Source of the DNA: Octopus vulgaris
Taxonomy: Eukaryota
Reading direction: 5' to 3'
Assembly: GCA_951406725.2 (NCBI GenBank)
Contig: OX597825.1
Location: 69,998,001 to 70,062,000 of the forward strand
DNA: 64,000 bases
Translations under genes and position numbers: made by a program
Shown: piece after piece, positions 55,231-64,000 of the stretch
How positions within the stretch are numbered: position 1 is the first letter of the stretch
Layout of the letters: each line of letters starts with the position of its first letter
The notes under the pieces: generated by a model
The model's input: the letters and a program-made list of their open reading frames with translations, nothing else
What the model was told of the DNA's origin: nothing
The model's database searches: none

Positions 55231-55497
55231 AGAGGTTTGAAAACGCCACGCCACTATATAAGTAAAATTTTAATTACAGCCAACGATTACAGCCAACGAT
55301 TCTAGTCAACGCACAAGACAGACATTATGCTCCCCCCACACACAAAACACCACCACGTGGACTCTGTTGAGACTAGTAAGAAACAATTATGAACTTTTTT
55401 ATTACACTTAACTTTTAAAAATATTTTTGATAAGGGTAGTTTTTTTCAAGAAGGACCGAAACGTAAAATTTATCGTATATAGTGGCGTTTTCAAACT

Positions 55498-55501
<4 letters not shown>
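55231..55501. mobile_element. MITE with about 40-bp inverted termini
   Basis: GTTTGAAAACGCCAC..TATAT..AAATTTTA versus TAAAATTT..ATATAGTGGCGTTTTCAAAC. Confidence 0.65.
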
Positions 55502-55544
<43 letters not shown>

Positions 55545-55635
55545 TAATCCAAACGGGAAAACAGAAAAAACACCAACACGTGGAACAATTACAGTATTAT
55601 TATTATTAGGCGCTCAGGAAAATGGAAGAAGGGGG

Positions 55636-55670
55636 GTATGACGTTTCGAGCGGAGCTCTTCGTCGGAAAC
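55636..55670 (-). ncRNA. Minimal hammerhead motif
   Basis: Minus strand GTTT-CCGACGA-A-GAGC tcc GCTC-GAAAC-GTC-ATAC. Confidence 0.65.
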
Positions 55671-56329
55671 ATAGGAGAAAGAAAGATCCCGAGACGGGAG
55701 GACAGAGGAAAAAAAAAAAAAATTGCAGGTAGTCTTCACGAGGTCACATACTGAAAAGACGGAAGTTGTAAAAAAGGAGGAAAATGTTTTTTAAAAACAG
55801 GAGAGCTGAATCAAAGAGGGAATGGTAAAAAAGGTGTGCGAGAAAACGAGGGTGTGTGTATGTGTGTGTGCGTGTGTGTGTATGTGTGTGTATGGTGGAC
55901 AGTGGCTAGTAGCAGGCAGTAGTAGAGTTAAAGGAGTGTGTGGGGGTACCCTAGCAAGTCAGAAAGGCAGGTCAGAAACAGGGAGGTATGTGTGTGTGCG
56001 TGTGTATGTATGTGTGAGTGTGTGCGTGTGCGTGTGTGTATGTGTGTGTGAGGTGGTAGTGTGTCCAGTGTGCGTAGTTGTGTGTATGGCAAGTAAATTT
56101 GAAGTGTGTGTAAGTGTAATGTATATATATATGCAAATGTGTGTGTGTGAGTGGGTGTATGTATGTGTGTGCGTGTGTGTACAAAGAGGGGGGGGGTTAA
56201 GGAAAAAAAACTGCAGCGGAGGGGGGGGGAAAGATGGAAGAGTGGTCCCGCGGCGACAGGCGTGGGAGAACCCAAAGACACGCGCCGGCCCCAGATACGT
56301 ACAGGAGATCTAGTCGGTCAAACCACGAG

Positions 56330-57165
56330 CGTGGTGCATGCATGCGTGCGCGAACGTGCACAAGCGTGTATGTGCGCGCGCCTGCGAGTGTGTGTGTAAG
56401 TATGTATGTGTGTGGATGTGTGAGTGTGTCTGTGTGTAAGTCTGGGTGTCAGTGTGTCCGATGAATGTATGTAAGTATGTGTGTGTATATGTGTGTATAT
56501 AGATGTATGTCCGTGTATGTGTGTATGTGTATGAGTGTGTATGTATGTACGTGTGTGTGTGTGTGGAAGTGTGTGTAGGTGCATGTGTATGCGCGTACAT
56601 GCAGGTGTGTGAGTGAGTGTGTGTGTGTGTATGTATGTGTGAGTGTGTATGTCTGTGTGTGTAGGATGCATGTGTGTGTATGGGTGTATGTATGTGTGTG
56701 TGTGTGTGTATGTATGTGTACGTGCGTGTGTGTGTGTGTATGCATGTATGCATGTATGCGTATGCATGTGCGTATGTGTGTGTGTATGTGTGTGTGCATG
56801 TGTGTAGGTATATATGTATGTGCGTATATGTGTGTGTATGTGCGTACATGTGTGTGTGTGTATGCATGTGTGTGTATGTAGGTGTGTAGGCGTGTGTGTA
56901 TAGGTGTATGTATGTAAGTATGTATGGGTGTGTCCGTGTGTGTGTGTATGCATGTGTGTGTATGTAGGTGTGTGGGCGTGTGTGTATAGGTGTATGTATG
57001 TATGTATGTATGGGTGTGTCCGTGTGTGTTTGTGTGTGTGTGTATGCATGTGTATGTAGGTGTGTGTGTACGTGTGTAATATATGTATGTATGCGTGTGT
57101 GTGCGTGTGTATGCGTGTGTGTATGTAGGTGCGTATGTATGTGTGTGGGAGTGTAGGTGTGTGTG
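56330..57165. repeat. About 830-bp degenerate GT-rich tract
   Basis: GTGT/GTAT/GTAG mixture with local higher-order duplications (56860-57060). Confidence 0.95.
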
Positions 57166-57349
57166 TGAAGATGTAGCGTTGCTCCAAGTGGAGCCTAGAA
57201 AGTGGACGACCATTGTGGGGGGCGAGACCAAACACTGAGATGTCATCTAGGGAATGGCTGGCCGAGCGGAAGTGGCGTGCGACGGGAGAAAAAGAGTGTA
57301 GGCGAACGTCCCTCAAATGTTCTGTGAAACGGTCGGACAACCGGCGTCC
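57165..57349 (-). pseudogene. PLE GIY-YIG endonuclease C-terminal fragment
   Basis: GRRLSDRFTEHLRDVR..SPVARHFRSASHSLDDISVFGL..RLHLEQRYIF. Confidence 0.85.
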
Positions 57350-57733
57350 ATAAACGTACACATCATACGAACACCATTCTACCACACACAGTAGCGAAAC
57401 ATACATATAACATTGTAACGTATCACCTGATGATGTTTCTTCTGCACTTTGAGATTCATTTGATTCCATTATATAGTTACCCACCCACTAGGCAGCTGTG
57501 CAGATATAAGACGAGACGGTCGTCGTGCAAAATACAGCTTACACTACACTCACTCTTTCCTATCCATTATTTAAAATATGCCAAACGGACACTGGAGAAT
57601 TCTTTAAGTAGATCCTGCGACTAAAGTGCGGTACCACGAAAGACGTCTGGTAGTCGTAAGTGGTAAACCTGAAGACTACTCGGTTTGGATACTACATTTC
57701 AAAGTTTCCTATCAAAACTTACATTCTAAATAT

Positions 57734-57798
<65 letters not shown>

Positions 57799-58282
57799 AG
57801 AAATATGTTCTTTATTTCTGTTTCTGGGATCATCAGAAATGTTGAAGCGTGCGACATGGACGTCTTACTACTCGTTTCTATTTGGGATGGAAATACCAAA
57901 AACCCGAGTTTAAACCACACTGAGATAAAGATCAAGTAAGGCACGTATGTACATGTGCGTGCATGTGCGTGTCTGTGTGTGTGTGCGTGCGTGTGTGTCC
58001 GTATGTTTATGTATATGTGCGTACACGTGTATGTAGGTGCATGTGTGTCAAACACAGGCGCACACTCACGCACAAACACACACACTACATACACACACAC
58101 ACACACACACGCACGCACACACACGCACGCACACACACACATAATATATAATCTGTCTTGCTCGAGTCGGCCCCTTGCTATTCTGAGTTTAACTTGTAAG
58201 TGCAAAAGATCTTCAGGTAAATATATTATCAACCTATGACAGTTTTTGTTCATTTTTCCGATATTAAATATATATATATATA

Positions 58283-58358
<76 letters not shown>

Positions 58359-59022
58359 CATGTATATATATGCATTTCTATATATTCTTAAATTTATAAT
58401 GTAAACTAAAGGAAGTACCCTAAAGGGACATGAATTTAAATAAATAAAGCACTTATTTAATTATGCAAATGATACTAATACGTTACAAACAACTTTTCTC
58501 GGTATACAAATATTATTCTCAATTCATTAAAATAGACTTCAGGAAATTATATTATGACAATGTTATCACGTAGCACTTAAACCGTTTCTATGGTTACCCT
58601 TCACCTGTAAACAAAGATTAGATTTCATTCGAAGATCAAGAATTAATATAGAGACGTTAATTCTTGATTGTTTTCCTTCTTTGTTTTTCTTTATCTTTTG
58701 CTGGGCTTCTTTTTCTCTTTGAGAGTCGCCTAGAGTTTTGCTTCAAGGTGTCTGATGCTTTACGTCGACCAAAGGTAAATATCATTTAGATCTTGGTCTG
58801 CTTGCAATATTCAATACGCCATATGTGTGTATATGTGTGTATATGTGTGTGTGCGCACGCGCACGTGCGTGTATATCTTGATATATATTACATGATAGAT
58901 ATATATATATATATATATATATATGCGTGTGCGTGTTTGTACTTTTGTATAGATATATATACACACACACACATATATTATTAAGATACATACATACATA
59001 CATATATATATTTGTATGTATG

Positions 59023-59089
<67 letters not shown>

Positions 59090-59098
59090 ATATGTAAG

Positions 59099-59152
<54 letters not shown>

Positions 59153-59386
59153 TTCATAATATGGTACTTAAGTTAGATGCACCAGAATTTTGTTTATGAT
59201 TATCAATATAAATCAAGGGGTGATTATAATCAAATAAGCTTAAAGTTAGATATCTTCGTACCAAATTACCGAATTATTTTTGTTGCTTATTTTGGCGTAT
59301 ATATATAAATATATATATATATATAATATATATATATATATTATACCATATTACCGAAGATATATATATATATATATATATATATT

Positions 59387-59437
<51 letters not shown>

Positions 59438-60067
59438 AATATAAACATCTGTGCAAGATGAAGAATATATATATAAGCAAATGCATATTCCATATGCACA
59501 CAATATTTAAAATTATTATAGTTAATCCTTATAATTCCTAGACACAAATTCGTTTAAGCAATATGTTTATCGTCTGCTAACTAATCAAATGGATCAGAGC
59601 AGAAATATAATTGCTGCATATTTCATCTGCTTGACTTCAATTAACCTGCTTAAGTGAATCGACGAAAGAACGAATCGATCCATCGATATCTCTTCAAAAT
59701 ACTTGACATAAAATTTCAACGTTATTAAATATTCAGCATTCGTATTAATGGCTTATAGGCGAATGGTATTGATGTTTGCTCTCCCAAAATCAAGTTTAAT
59801 ATTCAAATAATTCCGGAAACATTGCATGCTTAATAAAGACTAATAATAATGATGTTTTTTGACCAATTTCAGTTAGAACTTCTATTCATCTATGAGGTCG
59901 TTTGTGCGTATGTATGTATATATTCGCGCGCACACATATACACATACACACGCACACACACATATGTATGTATGCGTATATATATATATGTTTTTGTGTG
60001 TGTATATATTAAGTGTATATGTGTATATACATAAAAACATACCCGCATATATAAAAACATATATCTG

Positions 60068-60216
<149 letters not shown>

Positions 60217-60219
60217 TAT

Positions 60220-60520
60220 GGCACAGTGGTTAGGGCAGCAGACTCGCGGTCGGAGGATCGCGGTTTTCGATTCCTAGACCGGGCATTGTGTGTGTTTATT
60301 GAGAGGAAACTAAAGTTCCACGACGCTCCGGCAAGGGGTGATGGCTACCCTTGTTGTACTCTTTCGCCCCAACCTTCTCTCACTCTTTCTTCCTGTTTCT
60401 TGAGTAACGCTGCGATGGACTGGCACCCTGTCCAGCTGGGGGGAACACATATGCCATAGAAACCGGGAAACCGGGCCCATGATCCTGACTAGGCTTGAAA
60501 AGGGTGCATAAATAAAAATA
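60220..60520 (+). mobile_element. tRNA-derived SINE, third family
   Basis: A-box GGCACAGTGG, B-box-like TTTCGATTCC, body GCGATGGACTGGCACCCTGTCCAG, A-rich end. Confidence 0.75.
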
Positions 60521-60629
60521 TATATATATATACAGACAGATAAATGTATACATAGATGAGTTTGTGTATACATGTGTGTGTGTGTGTTCGGGCGTATGCG
60601 TGTGTGTAAGTTTTTATTATATATATATA

Positions 60630-61023
60630 CTAGCAGTATCGCCGGCGTTGCTTGGGTTTGTAAGGGAAATAACTATATAAGCATTTTTAGAGTTATAGCC
60701 AAAAAATAGCAAAATAATGCATTAAAAATGGAAAAAAAATGATGGTAATTTTTTTTTTTAATCGTTGATTCATCATAGACATTTTTAGAGAGTTACTTCC
60801 CTTATATAATAGCGAAAAAATGCATTAAAATGGAAAAAATGATGGTAAATTATTTTTTAAATCGTAGACTCATCGTAGACGCGCGCTAATACCCAGAAGG
60901 ACTCGATATGAATCACGACTATAAGATACCCACTTTTGGTTACACTGCACCGCAAAATGTGGGAGTAATTAGGAATCTAAATCGTAGGAGACAGACACAC
61001 AACTTCACTTTTATATATAAAGA
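60630..61023 (-). mobile_element. Non-autonomous Helitron (same family as 16049) with internal duplication
   Basis: CTAG and TC termini on the minus strand; an approximately 95-bp segment is duplicated (60685-60780 and 60781-60880). Confidence 0.85.
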
Positions 61024-61483
61024 TATCAGTTACTCTACTCAAGGCCAATTTTGGTCTTCAATACATTAGTATAAATAGGGTGAATCTTGTGTGTACATTT
61101 AGAGTTGAATCGCGGATGTAACCATGATATCCTGCTTATCTGAAGAGTTAGCTTTTCTTTATTTGCATCAAGTTCTGAATATAAGGCTGAGTCTGCATAT
61201 CTATCTCAACATCCACGTATGATTTTGTATACTGTTATTATCAACACTACATGACGATTGTTACGAAAATACTGCGAGCATACGAATGTCAGAAAAATAA
61301 ATCTGTTTCTCGTTTTAACTCTATTAGCTCTATGCAGTATCAATTCCACGTATAAAAATTTATTGCTCGGATTTCCTGTATTTTCAAAACTGATGGCCGA
61401 TTCATATATATCTCTATATGTATGTGGTTTGTGTGAGTGTGTGTGTATGCGTGTGTTTGTGTGTGTATCCATATATATATATG

Positions 61484-61542
<59 letters not shown>

Positions 61543-61577
61543 ATATATACGAAGATTTAACAAAATTCCTTTTTATT

Positions 61578-61663
61578 ATTTTCTACATATGTTTCGGACA
61601 GGCTGCAAAGTCCCTAATTCGTTGAATAAGGAGTCCATTTTGCAGCCTTCTCTTCAGGAAAAT
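61578..61663 (-). ncRNA. Type I hammerhead ribozyme with intact core and extended stem II
   Basis: Minus strand ATTTTC-CTGAAGA-G a AGGCTGCAAA..TTTGCAGCCT gtc C-GAAAC ATAT GTA-GAAAAT. Confidence 0.78.
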
Positions 61664-61747
61664 CCAGAACTTAATTCTCCAACAAAATGCACAGCAAGCA
61701 TTTACTCTACCAACGCTACGAGGAGCCCATGAAATAAATGGCTACTT

Positions 61748-61792
<45 letters not shown>

Positions 61793-62508
61793 TCATTGAA
61801 AATAGAAAAATAGAAACGTGTAGCTATAGATACAAATATATATGCATGCATATATGTGATGGGGCGTGTATTAAAAGAAAGAAAATGGAGAACAATGGAT
61901 GTATAGATAATTTATTTGTATGATATAAAAATGTTGAATTTTTTAATAAAAACGATACAAATAAATTATAAATTGTAAAACTCTAAAAGAGATGGCAGAT
62001 GCCAAAAGCCTACATATGTGTTTCGATTCATGCCCCTACTCGACACGTAATTCTAAGTATTTGCTAATAATTGCTATCATTTTCAACTGTACGGGGTAGA
62101 ATCTCGTGAAGACTTTATGAAATTATACAACAAAGGTTAACATTTCTTGAAAGGATGTAGACAAATTACTAATAAGTTTAAGAAGTTAGATCCTATATAT
62201 AATGCTTATGTATTTAGTTAGTGAGTTATAGATGTTAGCAAAAGATATAATGAAGTAAAATAAAAATAACATCAAACTAAAGGTCAAGAAAGAAGATAAA
62301 AAGATAAAAATTAAAAAATAAGTAATAACAATACTTAAATATGCAAGGGAAGAATTATATAATAGAATAAATGGAGTGTAATTTAGTAAAAAACTTATTA
62401 GTCAACTGTTGTGGATAAACTATTTCCATTGGTTTGGTAACAGATGAAGTTCAGGAAGCTATGAATGGTAGCGTTCGTATCATTATGTGTCATATTTTGT
62501 GTCATATT

Positions 62509-62567
62509 AAATGGCGGTGCCCCAGCATGGCCACAGCTCATGAGCTGAAACTAGAATCAATCAGTCA
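62509..62567 (+). mobile_element. Isolated 3' tip of the CR1/L2-group LINE
   Basis: AAATGGCGGTGCCCCAGCATGGCCACAGCTCATGAGCTGAAACTAGAATCAATCA matches 42268-42325. Confidence 0.88.
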
Positions 62568-62599
62568 TTTAAAATCAAAGATAGATTAACGTTTGAAAA

Positions 62600-62966
62600 C
62601 ATTGACCGTTAAGATATGTATCTTGAAGGCTTTACATATAAACCCGTAGTCATCAATATCTGTAAAGCTGAAATGCGAAAAAGTGTTTGGTTTCTTGGTT
62701 ATTTGTCTCATTTTGGGATGGGAACGGTTTAAGGAGGCGGTAGATGGGGTCGGATTGGCGCCAAAATTTACACTGGGGGGGTAAAATGAGGTGGGCAATG
62801 GAGTGAGGAGGGTTGCAAGTCACTCGGGGCTACCGTTTGGTTGCCATGGTGAGGAATATTGGAAAGGCAAAGAAGATGAAGAAAAGAGGAAAAGGAAGAG
62901 GAGACAACACGCACAAAACAACACCACCACCAAAAACCCGAGCGAAACACGGGTCAAAATAGCTAG
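62600..62966 (+). mobile_element. Helitron-like 3' end (5' boundary uncertain)
   Basis: ACCCG-agcgaaaca-CGGGT hairpin then CTAG|T. Confidence 0.6.
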
Positions 62967-63407
62967 TCTGTGTATATAAAATGTGTATATTCATATCTAT
63001 GTCTTTATATATTCACATATGTATACATATATACATTTACATACACACACACATATATATATATATATACGCACACACATACGGATACACACGCATGCGT
63101 ATATTCATACAAAATGTACACTTATACAAATATATATACACTCACTCTCTAAGATATATATTTATCAAATTTATTTTTTATGTTCATCATCAGAAAGGTT
63201 AAGTTATTGGGGTTATGAAGTTTAATATTTAGAATTGATCAGTTAAGAGGTCAGATAAGAAGAAAAGTTGAACGAGGGGATGAAGAGAAAACAATAAAAT
63301 ATATGATGAAATAAAATGTAGTAGAATGTACGGGAAAATATATTTGGGTATTTATTATAATGTAGCATAATATGTTTCTAATTATTAATAATTAACTAAA
63401 TAAATAA

Positions 63408-63805
63408 GTAAGTATCTTGCTAACCAACCACATGGTTCCGGGTTCAGTCCCACTGCGTGGCATCTTGGGCAAGTGTCTTCTGCTATAGCCCCGGACCGAC
63501 CAATGCCTTGTGAGTGGATTTGGTAGACGGAAACTGAAAGAAGCTTGTCGTATATATGTGTATATATGTATATATATGTATGTGTGTGTGTTTGTGTGTC
63601 TGTGTTTGTACCCCTAGCATTGCTTGACAACCGATGCTGGTGTGCTTACGTCCCCGTCACTTAGCGGTTCGGCAAAAAGAGGCCGATAGAATAAGTACTG
63701 GGCTTACAAAGAATAAGTCCCGGAGTCGATTTGCTCGACTAAAGGCAGTGCTCCAGCATGGCCGCAGTCAAATGACTGAAAGAAGTAATAGAGTAAAAGA
63801 GAGTA
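63408..63805 (+). mobile_element. SINE family A, near full length
   Basis: Matches family A including the tail. Confidence 0.92.
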
Positions 63806-64000
63806 AATAGATTATTTTGTTATAAGTAGGAATGGTGTATTACGTAATATGAAGAAAATCGGAGTATTTATATTTATGATCTATGATTGATTTTTTGCTA
63901 AAGATTAGAACTGCTTAGTAGTTAAACCGAGTATTGATATTTAATGGCACCTGCCATTTCTTTTAGAGCTTTACAATTTATAATTTATTTGTATTGCTTT

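Larger units (their letters stand above)
55541..57349 (-). mobile_element. 5'-truncated Penelope-like element: GIY-YIG end, CA-rich tract, hammerhead terminal module
   Basis: Endonuclease remnant at 57165-57349 and hammerhead module at 55541-55752 on the same strand, ending at (TA)n; treating them as one element is inference. Confidence 0.65.

Noticed and set aside
56318-57484. 388-aa ORF as a His/Thr-rich host protein
   Set aside because: Only about 60 aa are a PLE endonuclease fragment; the rest is CA repeat plus unrelated upstream flank
57838-57935. Possible exon ending at GTAAGG (also 35364-35393 and a donor near 44613)
   Set aside because: Weak splice signals and no recognisable protein; expected by chance in 64 kb

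Overview
AT-rich, microsatellite-dense eukaryotic DNA that is almost entirely repeats. The SINE families and (TA)n/(GATA)n/(CA)n load are most consistent with a cephalopod (Octopus-like) intronic or intergenic region; this taxonomy is inferred. I recognise no intact host gene, and most ORFs in the supplied track are translated microsatellites. Supportable content: about 15 copies of a tRNA-headed CORE-like SINE with a central microsatellite (family A); about 10 copies of a second tRNA-headed SINE (family B); a third SINE; 3' ends of an RTE LINE and a CR1/L2-group LINE; a LINE ORF1 remnant; Penelope-like (PLE) remnants; a decayed Helitron Pif1 helicase interrupted by the RTE (11-bp TSD); non-autonomous Helitrons; mariner/Tc1 deletion derivatives; and several MITEs. 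The most interesting signal is at least 8 minimal type I hammerhead-ribozyme motifs of several unrelated sequence types. Two have an intact catalytic core, most sit in short modules abutting (TA)n tracts, and one is linked to a PLE GIY-YIG endonuclease remnant. All calls were made by eye without database searches, and boundaries of diverged copies are approximate.
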